From Sphingomonas sp. (GTDB lineage Bacteria; Pseudomonadota; Alphaproteobacteria; Sphingomonadales; Sphingomonadaceae), in NCBI GenBank assembly GCA_003248865.1, contig QFPK01000005.1:95465-159464 (forward strand): a stretch of 64,000 nucleotides of DNA, read 5' to 3'. Positions 1-9,472 of this stretch are shown here, piece after piece (the first letter of the stretch is position 1; every line of letters begins with the position of its first letter). A program made the position numbers and the translations under genes. The notes beneath the pieces were generated by a model that was not told the DNA's origin, searched no databases, and saw nothing but the letters and a program-made list of their open reading frames with translations.

Positions 1-83
1 AATGGGTGGCCCGCCGCAGGGCCGGTGGCCAGACGGTGGAGTTCAGCGGCTCGGAGTCACTGATCGCGCGACTGGCGCACTGA
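1..83 (+). CDS. 3' end of an unidentified CDS entering from upstream of the window (partial)
   Basis: Frame 3 is open from the window edge with G/C-rich third positions (...GQTVEFSGSESLIARLAH*). TGA lies at 81-83 and a hairpin plus T-run follows 18 nt later. Confidence 0.3.
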   Translation, partial: WVARRRAGGQTVEFSGSESLIARLAH

Positions 84-100
84 GTTCCGCAAGTGGACTT

Positions 101-140
101 GCGCCCGGCTGGAGTATATCTCCGGCCGGGCGCACTTTTT
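101..140 (+). terminator. Rho-independent terminator-like hairpin
   Basis: GCGCCCGGC (101-109) pairs with GCCGGGCGC (125-133) and is followed by ACTTTTT. Confidence 0.55.
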
Positions 141-1035
141 GCGGGTTCCGTGTTGATTGCGCGAAAGATTTTTTGCCTTGGCTCGGGCGCGCCGCCTACC
201 GCGATTCCTTCCACCAGAGTGCTGTCGAATGCGGGTGCGGCCACGTGAGCGTGAGTTTTAGCTGTGATACTCAGGATATGGGGTGCCGTGCGATCGGATG
301 CATGATGGTCTGACGGCAGGATGGTGAAGAGAGAAGAGGGGAGAGCTTCGCGGCTGAAAAATCAGCCTGAAGGAGATTCAAAATGTCCGGCAGAAGACGG
401 AATTGGACCAGACCGGGTGTCCCAACCCGGATCGAGGGTATTGCGAAGCATGCCGAGAGGCAGGCAACCGGATCCGCCTACGTTGTCTATACCATTCTTG
501 ACCCGACCCAACCGGACCCATCCGGTAGTTCCGATACTTGCCAATCCACATCGGAGTTTCGGGTGAGATCCACTGCCGGGAAGAAAGCATTTTCGGCGGG
601 CGGCTTATGATCCCTTCGGGATCACTGCTGAGTTTGAGGTGCTGGTCAGTCCGGACGACAAGCTCGTCGCCAGTATCCGCAACTCTGCCGAAATGGAGTT
701 TCGAGGATGGTGGTAGATTTGTACATGATGCAATGAGCCTCCGCCCGCCCATTGCTTAACATGCGGCGGAGGCCACTCCGCCATCAGCCTACAGCGGTTA
801 TGGATATGTCGTGAAAAGCGGCGGGAGCTTTATGTGGTTGCCGCCGTTCCCAAAATGTGGTTGCCGCCGGACATAACCGCTTGGCAGGCCTAGAATGTGG
901 ATTCGGGTCACGGTGACCACATGTGTAGCCACCGAAGTACGCTAGGTGTCCGACGCAGACTGTGAGGAAAGACGTTAGCACGATATTTTTCAACGACATA
1001 ATGTTGTTTATATATCAACAAGATACCGTAAAAAA

Positions 1036-1122
1036 TGGTGCGGTCGAGAAGACTCGAACTTCCACGGCCTTTCGGCCACAGCGACCTCAACGCTGCGCGT
1101 CTACCAGTTCCGCCACGACCGC
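1036..1122 (-). tRNA. tRNA-Leu (anticodon GAG), class II with long variable arm, CCA encoded
   Basis: The reverse complement folds by hand into a cloverleaf. Acceptor is GCGGTCG/CGACCGC, D arm GCG..CGC, anticodon stem CAGCG/CGCTG with loop TTGAGGT, variable arm TGGCCGAAAGGCCGT, T arm GGAAG-TTCGAGT-CTTCT, 3' ACCA. Confidence 0.93.
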
Positions 1123-1227
1123 ACGCCGATGCCACAACGGGATGCCCCGCCGACTGGTGAGCGCGCGCCCTAGCAGGCACGAACTCCCGGTTCAACCACC
1201 TTTTTCAGGCGGCGCCTCGGGTGGCGC

Positions 1228-2355
1228 TCAGGCCGCCTTGCGCAGGAAAACCGTGCCGGCGGAATATCCCGCGCCGAACGAGCAGATGAGGCCGGTGTCG
1301 CCGGCGGCGAGATCGTCGCTGTTCAGGTGGAAGGCGATGATAGAGCCCGCCGACGAGGTGTTGGCATAGCTGTCGAGCACGGTCGGGCTTTCATCCGGGC
1401 TGGCCTCGTGGCCGAGCACCTTCGACGAGATCAGCCGGTTCATGCCCGCATTGGCCTGATGCAGCCACATCCGGCGCAGCGAGGCGGATTCCAGCCCCAG
1501 ATCGGCCATGTGCGCGACGATCATGTCCGAGACCATCGGCACCACTTCCCGGAACACCTTGCGGCCCTCCTGGCGGAACAGTTTGTCCGGCTGGTTCGCG
1601 GCTTCCGGCGCGGCGCGGTTCAGGAAGCCGAAGTTGTTGCGGATGTTGTTAGAGAATTCCGTCTTCAGCCGGGTGCCCAGGATTTCCCAATGGGCGGCCG
1701 GCGCGATTTCCTGCGATTCCACCAGGATGGCGGTGGCGACGTCGCCGAAGATGAAGTGGCTGTCGCGATCGCGCCAGTTGAGGTGGCCCGAGCAAACCTC
1801 GGGGTTCACCACCAGCACGCTTTTCGCATGGCCGGCACGGATGAAATCGGCCGCCGTCTGGATGCCGAAGGTCGCGCTGGAGCAGGCGACGTTCATGTCG
1901 AAGGCGAAGCCCTGAATGCCGAGTGCGGCCTGCACCTCGATGGCGATGGCGGGATAGGCGCGCTGCATGTTGGAACAGGCGCAGAGCACGGCATCGACAT
2001 CCGCCGCGCTGCGGCCGGCGCGTTGCAGCGCTTGGGTGGCGGCCTTCACGGCGATTTCGGCCAGCACGGACAGCTCCGTGTCGGGCCGTTCAGGGATGCG
2101 CGGGCACATCACGTCTGGATCGAGGATGGGCGCCTTCGACAGCACATAGCGCGCCTTGATGCCGCTCGCCTTCTCGATGAATTCGGCGGAGGAGGGGGTC
2201 AGTGCCTGCACCTCGCCGGCTTCGATGTCGGCGGCGTTGGCGGCGTTGAAGCGCTCGGCCCAGGCATTGTAGCTTTCGACCAGCTCATCGTTCGAGATGC
2301 TGTCGGTGGGGGTGAACAGGCCGGTGGCCGAGATCACAGGGTTAGGCGTGCTCAA
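1228..2355 (-). CDS. beta-ketoacyl-ACP synthase III (FabH-like, long form)
   Basis: 375-aa ORF with thiolase-fold KAS III features (CSS active-site Cys context, HQAN, GAGYSAG). TTG start is preceded by GGGAGA. Confidence 0.8.
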   Translation of the reverse strand: MSTPNPVISATGLFTPTDSISNDELVESYNAWAERFNAANAADIEAGEVQALTPSSAEFIEKASGIKARYVLSKAPILDPDVMCPRIPERPDTELSVLAEIAVKAATQALQRAGRSAADVDAVLCACSNMQRAYPAIAIEVQAALGIQGFAFDMNVACSSATFGIQTAADFIRAGHAKSVLVVNPEVCSGHLNWRDRDSHFIFGDVATAILVESQEIAPAAHWEILGTRLKTEFSNNIRNNFGFLNRAAPEAANQPDKLFRQEGRKVFREVVPMVSDMIVAHMADLGLESASLRRMWLHQANAGMNRLISSKVLGHEASPDESPTVLDSYANTSSAGSIIAFHLNSDDLAAGDTGLICSFGAGYSAGTVFLRKAA

Positions 2356-2379
2356 TGGGTTCTCCCGAAGGGCGTGGCT

Positions 2380-3291
2380 CTAGACGGCCACTGGTGCGGC
2401 GATCGCAGGGTGCGGATCATAGCCCGTCAGCGTCATATGCTCCAGCCGATAGTCGAACAGGCTGGCGGCCGCGCCGAGCGACAAGGAGGGGAAGGGGCGC
2501 GGTTCGCGCGCCAGCATGGTTTCGACGAGATGGGCGTGGTTCAGATAGAGGTGCACATCCGCCCCCATCCACACGATCTCGCCGGGCGCATAGCCGCACT
2601 GATCGGCCAGCATGCGCAGCAGCAGCGCGGCTTCGAAGATGTTGAAGGGGAAGCCCAGCCCCAGGTCGCAGCTGCGCTGATAGAGGATGCCCGAGAGCCG
2701 GTCCGGCCCGTCTGAGCGCGGCTCCACGAAATATTGGTAGGTCATGTGGCAGGGCGGCAGCGCCATCCCGCCCAGTTCGGCGACGTTCCAGCCGGTAAAG
2801 ATGTGGCGGCGGCTGGCGGGGTTCTGCTTCAGGCTGGTCAGCAGCGCCTCGATCTGGTCGTGCGTCTCTCCGTCTGGCCCCAGCCAGCGACGCCATTGCT
2901 TGCCGTAGACGGGGCCGAGCTCTCCCCATTCGGCGGCGAAGGCGTCGTCCGACAGGATGCGGGCTTCGAACTCGTCGCGGGTCAGGCTCTCGCCGGTCGC
3001 CTTCTGGTGGCGTTCCATCGGCCAGTTCGTCCAGATGTGCACACCCTGCGCCACCAGCGGGCGGATGTTCGTCTGCCCCTCCAGGAACCAGACCAATTCC
3101 TTCACGGCCGATTTCCAGAACACGCGCTTTGTGGTGAGGAGCGGCACGGTGCCGTCCGACAGGTCGAATCGGAGCATGGCGCCGAACAGGGCGCGGGTGC
3201 CGACCCCGGTGCGGTCGCGCCGCTCGCTGCCCTTGGTCCACACCTGTCGCATCAGGTCCAGCACGGCGGATTCCGGGGGCGGCGATGTCAT
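2380..3291 (-). CDS. thyA: thymidylate synthase
   Basis: 303-aa C-terminal portion of the 2380..4758 ORF starting MTSPPPESAVLDLMRQVW. Contains RTGVGT, LPPCH and YQRSCDLGLGFPFNI motifs. ATG at 3291. Confidence 0.93.
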   Translation of the reverse strand: MTSPPPESAVLDLMRQVWTKGSERRDRTGVGTRALFGAMLRFDLSDGTVPLLTTKRVFWKSAVKELVWFLEGQTNIRPLVAQGVHIWTNWPMERHQKATGESLTRDEFEARILSDDAFAAEWGELGPVYGKQWRRWLGPDGETHDQIEALLTSLKQNPASRRHIFTGWNVAELGGMALPPCHMTYQYFVEPRSDGPDRLSGILYQRSCDLGLGFPFNIFEAALLLRMLADQCGYAPGEIVWMGADVHLYLNHAHLVETMLAREPRPFPSLSLGAAASLFDYRLEHMTLTGYDPHPAIAAPVAV

Positions 3292-3408
3292 GCGCAGCGT
3301 GCTAGCCCAAGCGATGGCGCGGGGGAAGCGGTTGCTCTTGCCACGGGTGGGGCATGTGCTAGCTAACCGGTCAGGGGGTCGGCCAAAACTGCCTGGGGGC
3401 TTTGGCCG

Positions 3409-4797
3409 TTGATTGAACTGGTGCCGCTGCTGGCCATTCTGGCCGTCCTGACTCGTGAGCTGTTGTGGTTGACGGCTTCGGGAATCTTCCTTTCCAGCAT
3501 GGACGATATCGCGGTGGACCTGCTGTGGCTGGGGCGTTTCGCCTTTCGGCGGGAGCAGCCGCTGCCGCCCGCGCCTGCCGAGCCGGGGCGATTCGCGCTG
3601 ATCGTGCCCGCCTGGGACGAATCCGCCGTGATCGGGGCCATGCTGGCGCGGCTGTGCGGCACCATCCCCGATCCGCGCCTGTGTGTGTTCGTGGGGGTCT
3701 ATCCCAACGATCCCGCGACACTGGCGGCCGTGCAGGCGGTGGGGGATGCGCGGGTGACGCCGGTGCTGACGGGCGCACCGGGGCCGACCACCAAGGCCGA
3801 CTGCCTGAACCATCTGTGGCGGGGTGTGTTGGCGCATGAGGCGCGGGTGGGCGCGCGCTTCAAGGCGGTGATCCTGCATGATGCCGAGGATGTCGTCGAT
3901 CCGGCGAGCATCGACCTTTATGACCGCTGGATCCCGGAACTGGCGATGGTGCAAGTGCCGGTGCTGCCCATCCAGGACCCGGACACGCGCTGGGTGTCGG
4001 GCCATTATTGCGACGAGTTCGCCCAGGCCCATGCCAAGGACATGATGGTGCGCGGCTTCCTTGGGGCGCCGGTTCCTTCCGCCGGGGTGGGAACCGCGAT
4101 CGACCGCGACGTGCTGGAACGGCTGGCAGGGCCTGCGCAGGCGCCGTTCGACGCCGCGAGCCTGACCGAGGATTACGAGATGGGTACCCGGGTTCACCGG
4201 CTGGGGCTGAAGGGGCGGATGGTGCGCGCCCATGTGAACGGCCGGCTGGTGGCGACACGGGCCTATTTTCCCGCCAGCATCGACACGGCGGTCCGCCAGA
4301 AAAGCCGCTGGCTGACGGGGATCGCGCTCTCCGGCTGGGACCGGCTGGGGTGGGACGGCGGGCCCGCCACGCGCTGGATGCTGTTGCGGGACAGGAAAGG
4401 GCTGTTCACCGCCGGAATCGCCATGCTTGGTTATGTGGTGGCGGCGCTGGTGCTGCTGCAACTGGCGCTGCGGGCGTGGGTCTCGCAGCGCGCAGGGGTG
4501 CCGCTGCCGCCGCTGGTGGCCGGGACGGAATCGATGCTGCCGGGCTTCCTGCTGCTGAATCTGTTGCTGCTGGGGTGGCGGCTGGCGGTGCGGGCAGGCT
4601 TCACCGGCGCCGCCTATGGCTGGGCGGAAGGGCTGATGGCGATGCCGCGTGCCGTGCTGGCCAATGCCATCAACTTCCTGGCAGCGCTGAAAGCGTTGGG
4701 GAGGTACCGGCAGGCGCTGGGCACGGGCGCACCGCCGGACTGGGGCAAGACCGAGCATCGTTTCCCCGACGCCGGGGTAGAGACCGCCAATGGCTGA
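3409..4797 (+). CDS. processive family-2 glycosyltransferase, NfrB-like exopolysaccharide synthase (short form)
   Basis: 462 aa with an N-terminal TM, a GT2 core (PAWDES, HDAEDVVDP, YCDEFA) and the QxxRW motif (RQKSRWLTG), followed by C-terminal TM helices. TTG start at 3409, alternative GTG at 3421. Confidence 0.65.
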   Translation: MIELVPLLAILAVLTRELLWLTASGIFLSSMDDIAVDLLWLGRFAFRREQPLPPAPAEPGRFALIVPAWDESAVIGAMLARLCGTIPDPRLCVFVGVYPNDPATLAAVQAVGDARVTPVLTGAPGPTTKADCLNHLWRGVLAHEARVGARFKAVILHDAEDVVDPASIDLYDRWIPELAMVQVPVLPIQDPDTRWVSGHYCDEFAQAHAKDMMVRGFLGAPVPSAGVGTAIDRDVLERLAGPAQAPFDAASLTEDYEMGTRVHRLGLKGRMVRAHVNGRLVATRAYFPASIDTAVRQKSRWLTGIALSGWDRLGWDGGPATRWMLLRDRKGLFTAGIAMLGYVVAALVLLQLALRAWVSQRAGVPLPPLVAGTESMLPGFLLLNLLLLGWRLAVRAGFTGAAYGWAEGLMAMPRAVLANAINFLAALKALGRYRQALGTGAPPDWGKTEHRFPDAGVETANG

Positions 4798-6094
4798 GCG
4801 GATGGTGGAGGGCCGTGCGCTCAGGACCTATCAGCTGCTGCTCGTGCTGGCGGCGGGCTGGGCGCTGGGGCGGATGCCGCAATGGCTGGAGGCGGAAACG
4901 GCGGAGGCGGTGAAGCTGGCCGCTGCGTTGTCGCCGTCTGCACCGGCAGAAGTTGCGCCTGATCGCGAGCAGCTGGCGCGGATGTCGGCGGGGATCGCGG
5001 CGCAGGTGGCGGCTGAGGTGGCCGATGCGACCGTGGCGCGGCTGATCGCGGCGGGCTGGGGGCCGGGCGGCGGCGCGGCTGCAGCGCCGCAGCGGGTCGT
5101 GCTGGAAGCGCCAAACAGGCTGCCGCCGCAGGAAACGGTGGTGCGGGTGGTGACGGAGCCGCAATCCGCAGGCTGGTTCGGTTACAGCCTGCCGCCGGGG
5201 CCGACGCCTGTCGCTGCGGTTTCCACGCCCGCGCCATCCTCGCCGGTGCCGCCGTCGACCTCGCCGGAGGCCCATGCCACCGCGACCGCCGGCTATGCCG
5301 CGATCCGCGTGGGCGATCTGAAGCAGGGCGTCGGGTTGCTGAAGGCCGCCGAAGCGATGGACCCGAAGGCGCCGCAGGCCGAAAGCTGGCGCAACGATGT
5401 GAAGCAGCTGACCCGGCGCTGGTCCGGCGGCGGCTATGTGCTGACCCGCGAAGGGGCAGGGGGCGGCGACCCGCTCGCGGCTTCGCCGGTGCTGGGGGGC
5501 GGGCAGGCGGGCATCGCGCTGGGCTATCGGTTGAACCCGCTGGGAAAGCAGCGCCTTTCCCTGATCGGCCGAGTTTCGGCCGCCACCGCGACGCAGGGCG
5601 GGCTGGACGGCGAGACGACCGAAGCGGCGCTGGGGCTGCGCTGGGAGCCCTCGCGCAAGATCCCCATCGCCATCGATGTGGAACGGCGGTTCGCGCTCGG
5701 CACCTATTCCCGCAATGCCTGGGCCGGGCGGATATCCGGCGGAGCACAGCAGCACACGCAGGCCTGGGGCACCCGGCTGAAGCTGGAAGGCTATGCCGAG
5801 GCTGGCGTAGTGGAAGGCTTCACGAATACGGTCGACCTCTATGGCGGCGCCCAGGCGCGTGGCAGCGTGCCGCTGTTCACGCTGGGCCGCACCCGCTTCG
5901 ACGCGGGCGCGGGCGCATGGGGCGGGGCGCAGCGCAACTATGGCGTCACGGCGTCGCGGCTGGACGTCGGCCCCTCCAGCCGGGTCTGGGTGGGGCCATG
6001 GCCCTTCTATGCCCAGATCGACTGGCGGCAGAAGGTGGCCGGCAACGCACAGCCCGGATCGGGGCCGGTGCTGACGGTGGCGGGGGAGTTCTAG
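4790..6094 (+). CDS. outer-membrane partner protein (NfrA-like: TPR-like segment plus beta-barrel)
   Basis: 434 aa. Its start overlaps the synthase stop (ATGGCTGA). It has an Ala/Pro-rich linker, alternating beta-strand-like C-terminal half, and a terminal ...VAGEF aromatic residue typical of OMPs. Confidence 0.5.
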   Translation: MAERMVEGRALRTYQLLLVLAAGWALGRMPQWLEAETAEAVKLAAALSPSAPAEVAPDREQLARMSAGIAAQVAAEVADATVARLIAAGWGPGGGAAAAPQRVVLEAPNRLPPQETVVRVVTEPQSAGWFGYSLPPGPTPVAAVSTPAPSSPVPPSTSPEAHATATAGYAAIRVGDLKQGVGLLKAAEAMDPKAPQAESWRNDVKQLTRRWSGGGYVLTREGAGGGDPLAASPVLGGGQAGIALGYRLNPLGKQRLSLIGRVSAATATQGGLDGETTEAALGLRWEPSRKIPIAIDVERRFALGTYSRNAWAGRISGGAQQHTQAWGTRLKLEGYAEAGVVEGFTNTVDLYGGAQARGSVPLFTLGRTRFDAGAGAWGGAQRNYGVTASRLDVGPSSRVWVGPWPFYAQIDWRQKVAGNAQPGSGPVLTVAGEF

Positions 6095-6104
6095 GCCGGA
6101 ATGG

Positions 6105-6211
6105 TTTTTGCCTCCGGCGGGCAGTGAACCTCAGCCGTTAACGCAACCTCAATAATCATCCCAAAAATATGGATGCAGGGAGCACGACTCCCTGCCAGCC
6201 GGAGGCAGAAA
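6105..6211 (+). repeat. short copy (D) of the nested-palindrome MITE-like repeat family
   Basis: Left end TTTTTGCCTCCGGCGGGCAG and right end CTGCCAGCCGGAGGCAGAAA are inverted repeats. The internal GCAGGGAGCACGACTCCCTGC hairpin matches the other copies. Confidence 0.7.
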
Positions 6212-6212
6212 T

Positions 6213-6848
6213 CTAGACGGGGAAGCCTGACGACTTCAGCTCGGCCTTCAGCAGGCTGGTGCCGGTGAAATGGTGGGCGAGCCAACCGGATTCACGGGCT
6301 GCCTGCACGTTCGCTTCATTGTCGTCGATGAAGATCGCTTCGCCGTCGCTTAGGCCGAAGCGTTGGCGGGCCAGCGCGTAGATGGCGGGGTCCGGTTTCA
6401 CCAGACGTTCGTGGCCGGAAACGACGACGTCGGTGAAATGATCGAACAGCGGGGCTGTGGGGCGGAAGCGGTCCCAGAATTCGCCGGAGAAGTTGGTAAT
6501 TCCGAACTGGGGGATGCCGGCTGCGGCGAGGGCTTCCACCAGTTCATGGGTGCCGGGGATGGGGCCAGGGATGGTTTCCAGCCAGCGCGGGCCATAAGCC
6601 GCGATCAGTTCGGCTTCGGCCGGATATTCGGCGATCAATTCCGCCGAGGTTTCGGCGAAGGGGCGCCCGGCATCATGCTGGAAGTGCCAGGCGCGCGTGA
6701 CCACGTTCGACAGGAACCAGTCCAGCCGATCTGCATCAGGAATCAGCTTCGCATAGAGGAAGCGGGGATCCCAATCATAGAGGACGTGGCCGACGTCCCA
6801 GACAACGGCCTTTGGCCTTGGCCAGACGACGGCCTTCGGCCCCGGCAC
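6213..6848 (-). CDS. HAD-superfamily hydrolase (subfamily IA-like)
   Basis: 211 aa with VVWDVGHVLYDW (motif I-like), ITNFS and FIDDNEANV (motif IV-like). Confidence 0.7.
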   Translation of the reverse strand: MPGPKAVVWPRPKAVVWDVGHVLYDWDPRFLYAKLIPDADRLDWFLSNVVTRAWHFQHDAGRPFAETSAELIAEYPAEAELIAAYGPRWLETIPGPIPGTHELVEALAAAGIPQFGITNFSGEFWDRFRPTAPLFDHFTDVVVSGHERLVKPDPAIYALARQRFGLSDGEAIFIDDNEANVQAARESGWLAHHFTGTSLLKAELKSSGFPV

Positions 6849-6850
6849 GC

Positions 6851-6976
6851 TCAGCCTTGGCGAGCCTTGAAGCGGCGGTTCGTCTTGTTGATGACATAGG
6901 TGCGGCCGCGGCGGCGGATCACACGGTTGTCACGGTGCCGCCCCTTGAGCGACTTGAGGCTGTTGCGGATCTTCAT
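6851..6976 (-). CDS. rpmJ: 50S ribosomal protein L36
   Basis: 41-aa [41 protein letters not shown]. Internal ATG at 6976 of the 6851..7075 ORF. Confidence 0.9.
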   Translation of the reverse strand: MKIRNSLKSLKGRHRDNRVIRRRGRTYVINKTNRRFKARQG

Positions 6977-7107
6977 GTTACTTCCCCGGGGGATTCGAAA
7001 TTGAGCGGCGCGCATAAGAGGTGGCCCGGAGAAAGTCAATCTGAGGGCAGCCGACAGGGGCTCCGCAGTTGGCAAATCCCGCGCCCCGCTGCTAGTCGGC
7101 TGAGCCC

Positions 7108-8244
7108 ATGGGCATCAGCATCAGTTCCGCCTTCGATTCGGGCAATATCCGCGTGATCGGCCAGACCGGCCCGTATCATTTCGCGCTCGCCATCAACATC
7201 GATGCGGGCGGCGAGTTTTTCCAATGGTTTCATTTCCGCGTGAACGGCGCCAAGGGTGTGCCGCTGACGCTGGATATCACCGGCCTGCAGAAATCCGCCT
7301 ATCCGGGCGGCTGGCCGGATTATCAGGCGCGGGTTTCGGTCGACCGCCAGCACTGGGTGCAGGCGGAGACCAGCTACAACCCCGGAGAGGCGGACGGCAC
7401 GCTGACCATCCGCGTGACGCCCACGAGTGACTTTCTGTGGATCGCCTATTTCGCGCCCTATTCCAACGAGCGGCATCTGGACCTGATCGCGCGTATGGCG
7501 TTGCAGCCGGGCGTAGAGGCGAGCGTGCTGGGCCATTCGCTGGACGGGCGCCCGATGGACTGCCTGGAATTGGGAGAGGGCCCGAAGCAGGTCTGGCTCT
7601 ATGCCCGCCAGCATCCGGGCGAGACCATGGCCGAATGGTGGATGGAAGGCGCGCTGGAGGAACTGACGGACGCGGCCTCTCCGCTGGCGCGGACCTTGCG
7701 GGCGAAGGCGCGGTTCCACATCGTGCCCAACATGAACCCGGACGGCGCCTTCCGGGGCTATCTGCGCACCAATGCGGCGGGGGCGAACCTGAACCGGGAA
7801 TGGGCGGACCCGACGCCGGAGCGCTCCCCCGAGGTGCTGTGCGTGCGCAACCGCATGGACGAGACCGGCGTGGATTTCGCGCTGGACGTGCATGGCGACG
7901 AGGCGCTGCCGCACAATTTCATCGCCGGTTTCGAAGGGGTGCCGGGCGTGACCAACCGGCAGCTGGATCTGTTGGAGCGCTATAAGGAATCGCTAGCCGG
8001 GCATAACCCCGAGTTCCAGACCAGGATCGGCTATCCGGTGACCCCGCCGGGCAAGGCCAATCTGGCGATGTCGACCAACCATGTGGCGCACCGCTTTGGT
8101 TGCGTGTCCGCCACGCTGGAAATGCCGTTCAAGGATGTGCTGGAGTTGCCGGACGGCACTGTCGGCTGGTCTCCGGCGCGGAGCCGGCATCTGGGGCGGG
8201 CCTGCCTGGCGGCGCTCGCCGATATCATCGACGATCTTGGTTAA
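7108..8244 (+). CDS. M14-family zinc carboxypeptidase-like protein
   Basis: 378 aa with HPGE zinc motif ([13 protein letters not shown]), NPDG and a later DVHGDE region. Confidence 0.7.
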   Translation: MGISISSAFDSGNIRVIGQTGPYHFALAINIDAGGEFFQWFHFRVNGAKGVPLTLDITGLQKSAYPGGWPDYQARVSVDRQHWVQAETSYNPGEADGTLTIRVTPTSDFLWIAYFAPYSNERHLDLIARMALQPGVEASVLGHSLDGRPMDCLELGEGPKQVWLYARQHPGETMAEWWMEGALEELTDAASPLARTLRAKARFHIVPNMNPDGAFRGYLRTNAAGANLNREWADPTPERSPEVLCVRNRMDETGVDFALDVHGDEALPHNFIAGFEGVPGVTNRQLDLLERYKESLAGHNPEFQTRIGYPVTPPGKANLAMSTNHVAHRFGCVSATLEMPFKDVLELPDGTVGWSPARSRHLGRACLAALADIIDDLG

Positions 8245-8253
8245 GGGAGTTTA

Positions 8254-8937
8254 ATGGTTCAGCTCGTTCTCATCCGCCACGGACAATCGGCCTGGAATCT
8301 GGAAAACCGCTTCACCGGCTGGTGGGACGTGAACCTGACGGAGAAGGGCGTCGCCGAGGCGAAGGCGGCCGGTGCGGCGCTGAAGGCGGGCGGCTATGAT
8401 TTCGATGTGGCCTTCACCAGCCTGCAGACCCGCGCCATCAAGACGCTGAACCTGGTGCTGGAGGAAATGGGCCGGCTGTGGCTGCCCGTCACGAAGGACT
8501 GGCGCTTCAACGAGCGCCACTATGGCGGGCTGACGGGGCTGGACAAGGCCGAGACCGCCGCAAAGCATGGCGATGCGCAGGTGAAGATCTGGCGCCGCAG
8601 CTTCGACATTCCGCCACCGGTGCAGGAAAAGGGCAGCGAATATGATGTCTCGACCGACCGCCGCTATGCCGGGATTCCGATCCCGCAGACCGAGAGCCTG
8701 AAGGACACCATCGCCCGCGCGCTGCCGGCGTTCGACCAGTTGGTGGTGCCCGAACTGCGCGCCGGCCGCCGCGTGGTGATCGCCGCGCACGGCAATTCGC
8801 TCCGCGCGCTGGTGAAGCATCTTTCGGGCATTTCCGACGAGGATATCGTGGAGTTTGAGATCCCCACCGGGGTTCCCATCCTCTACACGCTGGATGCCGA
8901 CCTGAAGGCGACCGACCGGCAGTTCCTGAAGCTGTAA
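8254..8937 (+). CDS. gpmA: 2,3-bisphosphoglycerate-dependent phosphoglycerate mutase
   Basis: [26 protein letters not shown] and AHGNSLRAL motifs. 227 aa. Confidence 0.93.
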   Translation: MVQLVLIRHGQSAWNLENRFTGWWDVNLTEKGVAEAKAAGAALKAGGYDFDVAFTSLQTRAIKTLNLVLEEMGRLWLPVTKDWRFNERHYGGLTGLDKAETAAKHGDAQVKIWRRSFDIPPPVQEKGSEYDVSTDRRYAGIPIPQTESLKDTIARALPAFDQLVVPELRAGRRVVIAAHGNSLRALVKHLSGISDEDIVEFEIPTGVPILYTLDADLKATDRQFLKL

Positions 8938-8950
8938 TGCTTGCCAATCG

Positions 8951-8978
8951 GCGGCCCGTTCCTTAGGGGCCGCTTTTT
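8951..8978 (+). terminator. Rho-independent terminator after gpmA
   Basis: GCGGCCC-gttccttag-GGGCCGC followed by TTTTT. Confidence 0.7.
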
Positions 8979-8992
8979 GCCGGGGATGGGCT

Positions 8993-9472
8993 GTGACTGC
9001 ACTGGTCGGGATCATCATGGGAAGCGTCTCTGACTGGGAGACGATGCGCCACGCCGCCGAGGTGCTGGAAGCGCTGAAGGTGCCGCACGAGGTGAAGGTG
9101 GTCTCTGCCCACCGCACGCCGCGCCGCATGGTGGCCTATGCCGAAAGCGCGGCGGATCGCGGACTGAAGGTGATCGTAGCGGGCGCCGGCGGTGCCGCGC
9201 ACCTGCCGGGCATGGTCGCCAGCCTGACGCCGCTGCCGGTGCTGGGCGTGCCGGTGCAATCTGCCGCGCTGTCGGGGCAGGACTCGCTGCTCTCCATCGT
9301 GCAGATGCCGGCCGGGGTGCCGGTGGGCACGCTGGCGATCGGCAAGGCCGGGGCCATCAATGCCGGGCTGCTGGCGGCCGCCATCCTCGCCACCAACGAC
9401 AGCGAGCTGGCCGGGCGGCTGCGCGCCTGGCGGCAGGCGCAGACAGACGCGGTCGCGGACTCACCGCTATAA
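8993..9472 (+). CDS. purE: 5-(carboxyamino)imidazole ribonucleotide mutase
   Basis: 159 aa with [15 protein letters not shown] and [14 protein letters not shown] start. Confidence 0.93.
   Translation: MTALVGIIMGSVSDWETMRHAAEVLEALKVPHEVKVVSAHRTPRRMVAYAESAADRGLKVIVAGAGGAAHLPGMVASLTPLPVLGVPVQSAALSGQDSLLSIVQMPAGVPVGTLAIGKAGAINAGLLAAAILATNDSELAGRLRAWRQAQTDAVADSPL

Noticed and set aside
2-313. 103-aa plus-strand ORF at the window start
   Set aside because: It runs straight through a terminator hairpin (101-140), has mixed third-position composition and a Cys/Gly-rich non-protein-like translation. Frame 3, ending at 83, fits better as the tail of an upstream gene.
300-780. Possible RNase P RNA, two-piece tmRNA, group II intron or cobalamin riboswitch in the non-coding tract
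   Set aside because: I looked for these hallmarks: GAGGAAAGTCCGG and ACAGAAnnCGGCTTA for RNase P; a GGTTCGA T-arm plus an ANDN.. tag frame for tmRNA; a 34-nt domain V hairpin with GNRA loop after GTGCG for group II introns; and a full B12 box. Only weak partial resemblances exist (CGGCTTATG, CCACTGCC, GTGCGG). None is enough to call.
3292-4758. Upstream ~490 codons of the 792-aa minus-strand ORF 2380..4758
   Set aside because: The translation is Arg/Pro/Gln/His-rich and low-complexity, and it runs antisense to the well-supported GT2 synthase gene. Only the last 303 codons (thyA) look like a real protein. This is a typical GC-rich shadow ORF.
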